Made by a program: the position numbers and the translations under genes. From assembly GCA_951406725.2 (NCBI GenBank), contig OX597819.1:31434001-31498000 (forward strand): DNA of 64,000 bases, read 5' to 3'. Below, one piece after another: positions 24,211 to 37,086 of this stretch (position 1 is its first letter; each line of letters starts with the position of its first letter). The stretch is from Octopus vulgaris (taxonomy: Eukaryota). The notes under the pieces are model-generated. The model did not search any database. It saw only the letters and a program-made list of their open reading frames with translations, and was not told the origin of the DNA.

Positions 24211-24742
24211 TATTTGAATAAATAAATATATGAATGAATAAATAGACTTAATGGTTACAGATAAGATGCATTGATTATATGGCTGCTCTGTTAAGGGTGA
24301 CCTGAGGCTCAACAACAACAACAATTGCAACAACAGCGCCCAAAGCAACAATAATGTTCATGCTGATATTTAAATTAACAGATATCTAGTTATATAAACA
24401 ACTGCACTGGAAGACTTAATTTATCTTATTAATTATTAAATAAACATATAACTTTTGGATGAACCCTTATGTAATTAATATAATTTTTGATTTACTCCAT
24501 CATCTCTAATTAGTGTTAATTAATTACCGCAAGGTTTCCATTGCAAAATCGAATAATTCTTCTAATATTTGTTTCTCAGCTTGATTACACTCACGCACAC
24601 TCACACACACACTCACACACACACACGCACGCACGCACGCACACACACACGCACGCACGCACACACACACACTTTCTCTCAAATACACAGAGAAACTTAT
24701 ACGTATATACGTACACATACACACAGTACTTATCAGTTATCT

Positions 24743-25440
24743 GTTGATTGGTTGTTTTTCTCTATGGTATGAGGGAGAATCGTCATGTTAGGAATACATA
24801 TTTTCTTTTTGATAATAGAACGAATAAGTGTTATCTTTATGCATTTACTTGATGAAATCTTCTTTCGTTTCGCTTTTAATTCAAGCGTGGATTCCTTAAC
24901 ATTCGTATACAGTCGCTATTTCGATCTAGTTGGATCTCATCAGTATGATGCGATCAGGAATCGCTGGACTATTAAACACTACACTTTATATTAAATCAAC
25001 TTAACGTTACAAAATTGAAAGAATGAATAGGTTAGATATATAATGATATCAATATCGTTCATACTTCATTAGTTGTGTAAAAGAGAGACGGAGAAAGTAG
25101 TAAACTTTGAGATTTACATACATATTGAAATAAATGTAATTCACAACAATTAAATCATGTCTCACTCCTTCACGAATATAAATAATACAGTTCCTCTGCT
25201 TTGTAGCTAGAACTGCACTTAAATTTCCAACCGTGAGCAGTGATATATTTATACAAATTCTCTAACGTACAAGTTTGTGTAGCAATCTAAAAATCCATGC
25301 GGGTTACGTGACCGTGGTCACATGATTTATGGAGAGACACGGTTCTTCGACAAGAATTTCTTGTGTCAACGAAATCTCTCAGTTGATTGGTTGTTCTTCT
25401 CTATGGTGTAGAGAATCATCTTGTCAGGGTTCCATATTTT
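24743..25440 (-). mobile_element. ~640-bp hammerhead-containing unit bounded by ~60-bp direct repeats (retrozyme-like)
   Basis: gttgattggttgtt(t/c)ttctctatggt...gagaatc.tc.tgt.agg...catatttt at 24743-24803 and 25382-25440; hammerhead inside; no meaningful ORF. Confidence 0.6.
24900..24950 (-). ncRNA. Type I hammerhead ribozyme
   Basis: 5'-CAUCAUA CUGAUGA GAUC CAACUA GAUC GAAA UAG CGA CU GUA^UACGAAUG-3': intact core, stems II and III paired, stem I imperfect, GUA cleavage triplet. Confidence 0.82.
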
Positions 25441-25515
25441 ATCCTATTCTATATTCTCACACTCCCTCTCTCTTTCCATATATAGATTTACATATATGCA
25501 CATATATATATATAC

Positions 25516-25568
<53 letters not shown>

Positions 25569-25639
25569 CATATATATATATATATACAGAAAGAGAGATA
25601 TTAATAGATATAGATATATATACATACATACATACATAT

Positions 25640-25684
<45 letters not shown>

Positions 25685-25702
25685 TACATATATATATATA
25701 TA

Positions 25703-25757
<55 letters not shown>

Positions 25758-25956
25758 CATACACACAGACACATACATACATGCATATATTATTTTGTTG
25801 GTAATATTTTATTTATATTAAATAAATGCATAGACGCACACACACATGTATGTATGTATGTGTGTATGTATGTATGTATGCATGCATGCATGTATGTATG
25901 CATGCATGCATGTATGTATTTATTTGTATGTTTGTATGTACGTACATTTGTATATA

Positions 25957-26056
25957 NNNNNNNNNNNNNNNNNNNNNNNNNNNNNNNNNNNNNNNNNNNN
26001 NNNNNNNNNNNNNNNNNNNNNNNNNNNNNNNNNNNNNNNNNNNNNNNNNNNNNNNN
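25957..26056. other. Assembly gap (100 N)
   Basis: Run of N. Confidence 1.
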
Positions 26057-26558
26057 AGGTATTCATATCTTTAAAAACAAGGAATTCTGGTGGAACATCC
26101 CAATAAAAACATTCACTTAATAATGTTCTGCGGGTCAGGTAACAAAAGTAATGCACTGTTGTAGGCGTTAGGAATTAATTGTACCTTGATTATGAATTCT
26201 CATCTCTACCTGTTATCATAGTTGCATTAAGCTATGAACCCGACAAATTTGCACAAAAAACCTAGAAATATTCGATTTCACAGGAAAAGAGCAAAAGAAA
26301 CTGATGCAAATTCCCCAAATCCAATCTGTTAGCGGCACAGTGAAAATTTGTAAGACATTCCAAAAATTCTCCATCTGAGTTTCTTATGTGAATAGATGCA
26401 CACACTTAGGTGTATGCACTGACAGTTCAACCAACACACTAACTCAACTGCATACTTACAAACACCAGGAACTCTCTTAACTCAAAAAGTCTCGTAGCTT
26501 TGTTAGCGATAGGCTTAACCCTCTCAAGAAAAACTTAAATAAGACTCAAGGAAAAATC
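26057..26558 (+). mobile_element. R4/Dong-clade 3' fragment
   Basis: KEFWWNIPIKT...LPVIIVAL...QIQSVSGTVKICKTFQKF, then 3'UTR. Confidence 0.8.
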
Positions 26559-26580
26559 ATGTATGTATGTATGTATGTAT

Positions 26581-27020
26581 GAGAAAGTAAGGAGGGATGT
26601 CAGGAAGGACATCGCTGTTGCACTTCCAGATGGGAAGGGTCTTCCTATGATGCTGACATGCAGTGTCTGTGCAAGACCCTGCCTCAGTAAAGCTGGACTC
26701 AAGAGTCATCTTCGTAGTCATAAAGCGAGACAGAAGAGTGACAACCTGGCCACCGGTGGTGGTGTAACACACCATACTAATCATATCTGTCAGGCATGTG
26801 GAAGAGAGTGTAATTCGGCAGGAGGACTTAAACGACATGCAAAGGTACATGAAGCCCAGTTACAACTACAGCTGGCTATTACCAGTACAGGTTTTAGTTG
26901 CCAATTCTGTACAAGACATTGTAGATCTTTAGCTGGGCTAAAAGTCACATTCGATCACAGTACCAGTAACAGTTAAGCTTCGTACAATGGCCATACTCGA
27001 TAACGAGGGGGTAGCTATAA
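26581..27020 (+). mobile_element. RTE-type LINE 3' end with three C2H2 zinc fingers
   Basis: CSVCARPCLSKAGLKSHLRSH, CQACGRECNSAGGLKRHAKVH and CQFCTRHCRSLAGLK(SH, frameshift), followed by 3'UTR ttaagcttcgt.caatggccatactcgataacgaggggg. Confidence 0.78.
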
Positions 27021-27114
27021 TGTGTATATGTATGTGTGTTCTCTTTAATTGTGGATAAAATTTTGACTGACCACCTACTTAGTAGCAAGGTTGTGAAGGA
27101 AAGCATTTTATTTT

Positions 27115-27265
27115 AGCCATCGTCCTTTAACTCTTAAGGTCTTGCAAATTTTTGTAGTCCTTGATACCGTGATCATTTGTAGGGCATGAATTAAGGATTT
27201 GCACTCTCTGCTCAAGATGCCAAGTTTAGCCATACTTTGCTCCAGACTGGTTGGTATGTATCCTG
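27115..27265 (-). mobile_element. R4/Dong-clade C-terminal fragment
   Basis: PGYIPTSLEQSMAKLGILSRECKSLIHALQMITVSRTTKICKTLRV. Confidence 0.78.
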
Positions 27266-27309
27266 GTGTGTGTGTGTTGCTTTGTATGTGTGTATGTATG
27301 TGCGTATGC

Positions 27310-27730
27310 AGGATGAAAAACAAAACCCGTCAAAGGGCGGAGGAACTCTTGAGAGTCAACGGCCATCCAATAAATGTCTTAAGGCTGCATCATGCGCGGG
27401 GACATAGAAATAATCGGACTGAATACCCGATCGCGCGGTTAAGCCATTGGGAGTGAAGGACTTCTAGCCTTTGTTAGGGCATCCTTCTAGGAGAAGGTAA
27501 CTCAGGTACCTGGGATAAATCTGACATAAAACTTGCGGCTCAGTGGTTACCAATGATGTTGACTTGTTCTTCTTTTCGGATTATGGCTACTGTTGCTTAG
27601 TGAGTGGGATTGACTCAGTGCACAGCCTTTCCTCACTTTAAAAAAAAACTTCTTGCACAGGCATTGCACGATAACAACATTGATTAAGCTTCGTGCAATG
27701 GCCATACTCGATAACGAGGGGGCGGCCACC
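27310..27730 (+). mobile_element. Bipartite non-autonomous RTE derivative (5'-truncated)
   Basis: Near-identical to 42410-42829; RTE 5'UTR motif ctaggagaaggtaactc joined to the 3' end shared with the zinc-finger RTE; (ATGT)n tail. Confidence 0.82.
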
Positions 27731-27861
27731 ATGTATGTATGTATGTATGTATGTATGTATGTATGTATGTATGTATGTATGTATGTATGTATGTATGTAT
27801 GTATGTATGTATGTATGTATGTATGTATGTATGTATGTATGTATTAATGTATGTATGTATG

Positions 27862-27895
<34 letters not shown>

Positions 27896-27915
27896 TGTAT
27901 GTATGTATGTATGTA

Positions 27916-28290
27916 TATGATGCTGACATGCAGTGTCTGTGCAAGACCCTGCCTCAGTAAAGCTGGACTCAAGAGTCATCTTCGTAGTCATAATGCGAGA
28001 CAGATGAGTGACAACCTGGCCACTGGTGATGGTGTAACACAGCATACTAATCATATCTGTCAGGCATGTGGAAGAGAGTGTAATTCGGCAGGAGGACTTA
28101 AATGACATGCAAAGGTACATGAAGCCCAGTTACAATAACAGCCGGCTATTACCGGTAAAAGTTTTAGTTGCCAATTCTGTACAAGACATTGTAGATCTTT
28201 AGCTGGGCTAAAAAGTCACATTCGATCAGAGCACCAGTAACAGTTAAGCTTCGTGCAATGGCCATAGTCGATAACGAGGGGGCAGCCATA
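27916..28290 (+). mobile_element. Second zinc-finger RTE 3' fragment with (ATGT)n tail
   Basis: Paralogue of 26647-27020. Confidence 0.8.
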
Positions 28291-29013
28291 ATGTATGTAT
28301 GTATGTATGTATGTATGTATGTATGTATGTATGTATGTATGTATGTATGTATGTATGTATACACGTATATAATTTATGCATACTTATATAGACGTGTGTA
28401 TGAATGTAGATATGTGTGTATGGATCCTATTCGTTACCCCTACTTTCTACGTTTCCTCTCGTTATATTCCCACTGTGGTAATATAAATCTATACATGTCC
28501 CTCTTTCAGCGAAAAGGGAAGTAATTATTAAAACATTTCTTATGAATTAAAGTAGAACATATAACAACGCATAATTAGCTACGATATATTTTACTCTTGC
28601 CACGTAAATTTTTTTTCAGTGAAGGCTGATCTCTGAATACTGAGTCTTTCTGGAAGATGGCAACAAATGGCGAAGAGCTTCGTAGAACTGTCCCACTGAT
28701 ATATGCATAAGCAAACGGATGCGACACGATGGTGATGCTGACGACGACGATATGACGACAATGGCATTGTAGTTGTCATTGAATTCGTTGTTTTTGCCCG
28801 TATCAACTCTGATTTAGCCGAACCATGATAAGAGGGGTTCAACTTGCTGCTGTTTCGTCTCACTGTACAACATCGCTTGTGTACGTCGTTTTACTAACAT
28901 GTTAAATTATGATGTGGAGAATATTCAGCTGTTATTTCTAGCAGATAGAGCGACTACGCAGAGGGTTCATAATAGGTTATATCATATTAGGAAACCCCTC
29001 CAATAGTCAGTCA

Positions 29014-29147
29014 TTCCGCCGAGGTCGACTTTGCCTTTCATCCTTTCGGGATCGATAAATTAAGTACCAGTTGCGTACTGGGGTCGATCTAATCGACTGT
29101 CCTCCTCACCCACCCAAATTTCGGGCCTTGTGCCTAGAGTAGAAAAG
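29014..29147 (+). mobile_element. SINE family A, 3' part
   Basis: Core domain present. Confidence 0.82.
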
Positions 29148-29829
29148 AAAAGAACCCTCCAATGGTCGTCATCGTTTAGGTTAAGTTTACGACGCCGTCG
29201 GCATCTTCGCCGTCGCCATCGCCGACATATTCGCTGTTTTCACCATCACCGACGTCGCCGTCGCTACCGCAGTCGCCGTCGCCGCCGTTTTCTGTTTCTG
29301 TTGATTTTATTGTAATACCTTGTGTCTTAGGGCCCATAACCATTAAGGATTGATCAACCGTTTTCGTTACTCGCTCCGCACAACAGAGAAAAACTTTTCA
29401 AAATGGCGTCGTCTTTATTCATCCCCCATCATCAAGAGAGGAAAGTAGGAGATTTTGAAGGTGATATCGTCTTTCGCAATCGTCTCCAACAGCGCAATAC
29501 TATAGTCGTAGTGGTAATTAAACTTAGTAGCAGCAGTATCAATAGCAACAAGTACAGTAGCAACAACAACAACAGCAGCAGCAACAACAACAACAACAGT
29601 AACAACAAAACGGTAGCAGCAGCATCATGAACAATGGTATGTCAAACAGTCTCAAAAATCACCAAACAATAGTGCTTTGCCACTTTTATAGAAATAAACT
29701 GTTACAGGGCAATCAACTCACCTACACACACAATGAGGAGCAGCAATACCGGCAGCAGCAGTGAAAACACAGCAAAAGTATTTCTTTTGCCTAGATCACT
29801 CACGTTTTCGGTCTCATCTCATTAGATAA

Positions 29830-30430
29830 TAAGCATGAACATTTAGAAGAGGTGGAGAAACAAATCAACGGAACTAAGAAAATCTACGATCAATATACTG
29901 GAATACCTTTTAGATCAAACAGAAAAGAAGACAGTTTTGTATAGATGATTGTCAACGAAAAAACACTAATTAGAGCGTATACCTTCAGACGAAGCTGAAC
30001 TCTGTTTAAGAAACATTTGGCAAAGTATTAATTTCGCGGGATAAGTTAGGATATATCCGAGTTATTTCCCACTCAGAAACACTAATCCAGAAGCATTCCA
30101 CCGTCCCACAAAGAAGCGATGATTTCACACAGACACCAATTAACTTGGGGCGTAGAGTGATTAAAAAAGTTGGAATATCCATCCAAAATTAGACTTCTGG
30201 TGGGTGGTGAAATGTGTGATTTTGGAAGACCTTAGCACGCTGCTCCACCCTTATTCCAATGTACTTCTGAGAAGAAACTTGTACTGGGATGGGGTTGGAG
30301 AATTTGATTCAGATGAAACCTGAGACATTTAATATTGATATCGTTGTGATAGTGTCTTGGGGGTTCCTAAGAGAAATTAATAAAGCAATATGGGATTCGG
30401 ACACACGATAAAGTGCTTTGAGTATTCAAA
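29830..30430. mobile_element. Highly degenerate R4/Dong-like LINE remnants
   Basis: Plus-strand ..FRSNRKE...PSDEAELCLRNIWQ resembles the R4 linker; minus-strand RHYHNDI..EVHWNK..HHPPEV resembles the RHD..W..RPDI region. Confidence 0.35.
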
Positions 30431-30562
30431 ATTTCATCAACTTTATATCTTCATAAGCCTACACCAATATTCTGTTTTTTAACATCAGTTTATTTAATAC
30501 TATCTTAGCAATAACTTTCTTTTAAGATATTTCTACTTTCTTCTTCCAAGAGTTTTAGCGAA

Positions 30563-30621
<59 letters not shown>

Positions 30622-30625
30622 GGTA

Positions 30626-30830
30626 TATATTTCTTTACTACCCACAAGGAGCTAAACACAGAGGGGACAAACAAGGACAGACAAACGGATTAAGTCGATT
30701 ACATCGACCCCAGTGCGTAACTGGTACTTAATTTATCGACCCCGAAAGGACGAAAGGCAAAGTCGACCTCGGCGGAATTTGAACCCAGAACGTAACGGCA
30801 GACGAAATACGGCTACGCATTTCGCCCGGC
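30626..30830 (-). mobile_element. SINE family A
   Basis: Near-consensus, head truncated. Confidence 0.88.
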
Positions 30831-30845
30831 AAAAGAGACATAGCA

Positions 30846-31068
30846 TTATTTTTTAATCCTGTCATTTATTCCGTCGGTCGCTTTTGCCGAACTGCTAAGT
30901 TATGGAGACGTAAACACACCAACACCGGTTATCAAGCGGTGATGGGAGCACAAACAGACATACATGATAAGTACATATACATATATATACGATGGGCTTC
31001 TTTCAGTATCCGTCTCCCAAATCCCCTCACAAGGCTTTGGTCGGTATGAAACTATAACAGAAGACACT
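30846..31068 (-). repeat. SINE B segment that is an inverted copy of 36271-36493
   Basis: Shares private variants (ggtatgaaactataac, gataagtacatatac, tctcccaaatc, cctgtcatttattcc). Confidence 0.85.
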
Positions 31069-31789
31069 ATCAAAAGATACAGGCACGACATGACTGTGTG
31101 GCGAAGAAGATCAATTGATAACTATGTGGTTTTGGGTTCGATTCACCAAAGTGTCCTCTGTCATAATCTAGAGCCAGCCGACATTGTTATCGAAATTTGA
31201 CAGATTAAAATTGTATTGAACTCCGTCGTTAGGATTGTCCTCTTGCTAAACACCATGGCCTGGATAATGGGTAGCTTTAATTTATTTATTTTTATTTTTT
31301 GAGTTCACTCTGTTGCACACATTTGGACCAAGCCTCTTTTCTGAGGATAACTCCCTCATTTCATCCACCTGTCACGGATATCCTGGAAAAGGGTTAACGA
31401 CACTCTGTCATTTGCAAGCTAAGACAATAAATTATAGGAAAGAAAAAAAAAATAATAGAAGGGAACTGGTTTTAACTAACAATCGAAATTAAATCCCTTA
31501 TGCAGATTTATAACGAGTTACTTCTTGCTCGACCCTTATAAAAATGTAATAATAAAATTCCGGGTACTGTATTTACGAGAATGTCTTTAGGCCATTTTTT
31601 TAAAAGGAAGGTCTATTTAAAAAAAAATCAATGTGAGAGTTGGTGTAATGCATCATAAAATAATATTTAGCTTCAAGGCGAGGTTGTTGACCTTATAATT
31701 AAAATTTAGTGTGATTAGATTAACAGTCAATAAAAGAAAATACAACAGCGACGATGATGACGTTGATGATGATGGTGATAATAATAATA

Positions 31790-31855
<66 letters not shown>

Positions 31856-32314
31856 GATAAATAATAATAACAAAGGATTTTCAAATATTTAGCTGATTGT
31901 TTATTATCTAAAATGTGTGAGAAAGAAACGGTCATGATTTCGAAGCTTTGTCTCATAAATGTCAGCTCGTTGTCTGATTCAGTGAGTTTTTCTGTGAGTA
32001 ATATTGTTTGAATGACAATTCAACAACGGAGGCCATACACTGGTAAAGCTTCCGAAATAGTTGGGGGAAGCGTCTGGAACATTAATCAAACTTGACCAAA
32101 ATAATATTCACACTATCGACAACCATAACTTCTTTATTTAAAGCATTGTTTGCTTCCAAACAATGACAGACCAACTTACTACCCCCACCTCGCTATACTC
32201 AATGAATCTCAGGGCTTTTCTTTCTCTCCTATACCTCTTACTCCCCCTTTCCCGCTCTACATTTTTCTCCCCCTCCCACCCTGTATCTTTCTCTCCCTGA
32301 CTCTGTTTCTCTGC

Positions 32315-32370
<56 letters not shown>

Positions 32371-34678
32371 CTCTGAGGACTTTTGATGTTTCAGAAGCCG
32401 TGTAACTAGCATCTTTCTCTACCACAGCTCTACGCCTTAAGCGTATAAATCCTTTCCGCGATTGTCAGACGTTGTGAAAACAAACAAATAAATTAATAAA
32501 TATATAACTATAAAAAAAGAGTGAGAGCGAGAGAGATTTAGTGAGAAAGAGAGAGAGAGAGAAAGAGAGAGAGAGAGTGTGTGTGGGAGAGAGACACAGA
32601 ATTAAAAGTGTAGAACTGTCTCGAAAACTCCACCCAAATTTGTTGTCGCTTGTTACATTTACGACTCCATTGCCAGTTTTCAGTTCTTTAAATCGCTTAC
32701 CCCATCATCCCACCCGCCATTACTCAAAACCCGAAAATATCGTTAACACAGTAATGGAGGCTTAAATTGTCGAATATTTAATTGTCGCGACACCTTCTTT
32801 TCCGCCCCTCTCTTGTGCTCACTAACTCTCTCTCTCTCTCTCTCTCTGTCTGTCTCTCTTTTTGTCTCTCTTTCTCACTCTGACTGATGACTGCCGGCTG
32901 CAATTTGCTTTGTGTGGACGTTTGTCAGCCATTGTCGTCTGTATTCTCACTGTTCAAACCAGCGTTCTCTGATATGTTCTTGTTTCATTACTCTCTCTCT
33001 CTCTCCCCTATCTCCCGAGGCTGATACTGACTGCAATAAAAGTGTCTGATACTACAGTTATGAATATAAAACACATGGTATTTTTAAAACTAAGTACGTC
33101 TGCTTCCAGTGACACTTAATTTTAAGATACATGTGTTCTGTATTGTATTCAAACAGATATTAATCACTGAGAAAAGACTTGCCCCAGCATGGCCTTACTT
33201 CACGGCTGAAAACCAATGAAGGGGTATAAAGTAATACAGGCAGAAGTTCTTATATAAATACTATCACTCGTTCCAAAGTAAATATATTGCCATTGATACG
33301 TGTATTCATGGATGATTAGAGTGTCGAGACACCGAGGAAGTATGTACCTGGTCGCTCGACATGCTAGAAATAGTAATCGAATTTCCTTCATATTACATTC
33401 TACCGTCTTATTGAATGTACACATTGAATGTAGTCTTAGGGTCGCTGTGTATAAGGAAAAAAGATGGTATGGTCAAGGATCGAATATCTTTTATCATAGG
33501 TCTATTCGATTAGGTCTGACCTGAAGCTAAACATCAAAAACAATAACAAGGAAATGAGAAAGACTGTATACAATCAATAGACCTGCTAGAATTCTCAGTC
33601 AATCTTCTCTTAAACCACGTTCTACCATCTTAAAAAAGGATACATCCAATATATCCGTTCATATAGACGGGATGTTGACGGTTGCCATGCGTTTAAATCA
33701 TAATTCTACTTAATGGAACTGATCCGGAATTAAACAATATAAAAATATTACGAGCAGATATTGTATTATTTATAAAAAAAAAAAAGAAGAGAAAAGAATT
33801 AAGGGAAATAACTCAAGTGACCTAATGACACGAATTTAGATAAATAAGTAGGTGGTGATATATTGAATGACATACGCAAAATTCTTAATTAAAAAAGTCT
33901 TTCTTATTTAGAGAAAGAAAACAAAAACAGCGGTAATTACTAATGAGCCTCAAAGTAAAGGGAAGATAAGTTTACGACATTAAGAATTGATTTCAGCAAA
34001 TCAGTTTACATGCTTTGAGGAAAATCTTATTTTCGTTAACAAACAATGAAGCAGCAATGGAGAATCTCAGTTCACAAACAAATTTTTGCTGACGGCATTC
34101 AATAGATCACACTTTAAATCAGATACCTTATTCAGTGATTTAAGAAGCAAATTGTTCAGGGAGTATATAAATGCCATATAATTTAATTCCACGTGCTGAA
34201 TAACAATGATGACCACAATAACATTTAAAGTTAGAAACAAGAAACACAAAACCACGTTAACATGAACGTAGTCCTACCTATCGCGTTACGCTATGATCGC
34301 GGCCAAACAAACGAAACGTCCCTCTTCTTGTATAGCATATTCTAGCTTACGTTTTAATCTATGAACATCATTGTAATGATTCTCTGATTATTACTTTAGC
34401 AAGTGCAGGAGCATCTATGCTTTGTTGAGAAGTTTTAATAAGATCGAAACATGACTGGAGTTGTCATCCGTTCTTTTCTCTTTCTTTTGCTTTCAGTCAT
34501 TGGATTGCAGCCGCACTGGGGCACCGCCTTGAAGAGAACTTGTTTTTAAAGTTTGGTATTTATTCTATCAGTCTCTTGCCGAGCCACTAACTTATAGGGA
34601 GGTAAACTAACGAACACTGGTTGGCGGGTGTTAGTTGGGGGAAAAAACACAAACACAATCCCTCACACACAACATATA

Positions 34679-34748
<70 letters not shown>

Positions 34749-34787
34749 CACACACATATATACATATACATGCATACATACACACAC

Positions 34788-34824
<37 letters not shown>

Positions 34825-34887
34825 TATATAATAATGTATGTATGTATATATATATATATATGTATGTATATATATATATATATATAT

Positions 34888-35430
34888 TAGAAGAAATGAG
34901 GTACTCAGAAAATCGGATAGTTTATATTTACAGATATTTATTTGTATATTACATTTTTTATATATCATATAACTTAGATCATGTATTAGCGCTTTCTCCC
35001 ATTCTAGTGGGGTTTTCAAATCGTATATATATATGCATATATGGGTACAGGAGGTCACCAACAACATGAAATACGAAAAGAAACGAGTTAAACACGTAAA
35101 TAACGAGAGGAAACATGGAAAACAAGACAAGTAGTACAAAGAATGCAAACAATGACCCTTCATCAGTTGTCAGCTGTCTATCTACTCCTCATTTAGAGCA
35201 ATCAACGACAATATGAGTCTTCGAAGACAGTTGCTCCCATAAATATCAAAATAAAATTTTGGATATATGGAGGGTCAAAGTTGGGAACAAAAACAGGACA
35301 GTGGAGACATACAGAGAAACCGAACAAAAACAAATATGGAGGGTCATTAGATCTGAACGAGGAGAAAATAGTGAACGCTGGGAGAAATATTTTCTTGGAA
35401 AAGAGAAAAGATAGAACAGAGCGTTATGCT
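34888..35430 (-). mobile_element. Short elements in (TA)n, Penelope/retrozyme-like
   Basis: Two adjacent unique inserts bounded by TA runs; the second carries CUGAUGA (35160-35166, -). Confidence 0.45.
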
Positions 35431-35449
35431 GTTTGCTGTTATGTGTTAT

Positions 35450-35610
35450 GTGTTTTTACGTCCCCGTAACTTAGCGGTTCGGCAAAAGAGAACGATAGAC
35501 TAAGTACTAGACTTCCAAAGAATAAGTCCTGGGGGCGATTTGCTCGACTAAAGGCGGTGCTCCAACATGGAGTGTGTGTGTGCATATATGGGTATATATA
35601 CCCATATATG

Positions 35611-35646
<36 letters not shown>

Positions 35647-35675
35647 ATTGAAGGCAACGCATCCATTTCCAAGTA

Positions 35676-35711
<36 letters not shown>

Positions 35712-36080
35712 CACAGGAGTGGGTGTGTGGTAAGTAGCTTGCTTACCAACCACATGGTTCCGGGTTCAGTCCCACTGCGTGACACCTTCGGCAGCTGTCT
35801 TCTACTATCGCCTCGGGCCGACCAGAGCCTTGTGAGTAGATTTGGTAGACGGAAACTGAAAGAAGCTCGTCGTATATATATGTATATGTTTGCGTGTCTG
35901 TGTTCCCCCCCCCCCGCAACATCGTTTGATGGTGTTTTTACGTCCCCGTAACTTAGCGGTTCGGCAAAAGAGAACGATAGACTAAGTACTAGGCTTCTAA
36001 AGAATAAGTCCTGGGGGCGATTTGTTCGACTAAAGGCGGTGCTCCAGCATGGCCGCAGTCAAATGATTGAAGGAAATATA

Positions 36081-36124
<44 letters not shown>

Positions 36125-36131
36125 TTTGGCG

Positions 36132-36186
<55 letters not shown>

Positions 36187-36590
36187 GGCCGCAGAAGTGA
36201 CTGTGGGGTAAGAAGCTTTCTTCCCAACTACAGGTTCGAGGTTCAATCCCACGGCGTGGCACCTTGGGTAAGTGTCTTCTGTTATAGTTTCATACCGACC
36301 AAAGCCTTGTGAGGAGATTTGGGAGACGGATACTGAAAGAAACCCATAGTATATATATGTATATGTACTTATCATGTATGTCTATTTGTGCTCCCATCAC
36401 CGCTTGATAACCGGTGTTGGTGTGTTTACGTCTCCATAACTTAGCGGTTCGGCCAAAGCGACCGACGGAATAAATGACAGGATTAAAAAATAAGTACTGG
36501 GATCGATTCATTCGACTAAAAATTCAAGGCGGTGCCCCAGAATGGCCTCAATCTAATGACTGAAACAGATAAGACATAAAAGATAAAATA
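35450..36590 (+). mobile_element. Cluster of SINE B copies (35450-35570, 35709-36070, 36187-36590)
   Basis: Consensus matches; the 35450 and 35930 segments share private variants, indicating local duplication. Confidence 0.87.
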
Positions 36591-36593
36591 CAT

Positions 36594-36651
<58 letters not shown>

Positions 36652-37086
36652 GGTGCTCAAGCATGACCGCAGTCGCATGACTGAAACGAGTAAAAGAATA
36701 AAAGAATATATGTATCTATATGTGTGTGTGTATATAATATATATGTATATATCATTCATGATATAGGTAAACTTTCCAAATATTATATTAATAATTATAT
36801 GCATAATTATAACAAGCGATTGGCAAAACGCCTCCCAACGCACTGAAAAATAGACGACAAATGACGCTAAAACCGCCTTAAAACTCTAAAAACGCAGGTT
36901 CTAGTCGAGCCCCACCCCAAAAAAAGGTGATAAGTCACATTTTTGATTAATCGAATATCAGATCACATTTCAAGCTGAAGGTAAAAAAAATAGACCCACT
37001 GCTATCATCGGCGTCGATATTCCGTTGTATAAATGTACAAGTATCTACACATACCTATACGAGGAACACCGCCACAATGCAATATT

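Noticed and set aside
26563-26976. Host C2H2 zinc-finger gene
   Set aside because: Two truncated copies with stops or frameshifts, a retroposon 3' tail, and a 3' end shared with a non-autonomous element; best explained as a LINE C-terminus.
29130-29315. Arg-rich protamine-like ORF
   Set aside because: Arises from degenerate (CGC/CGT/CAT)n repeats, and its start lies inside a SINE tail.
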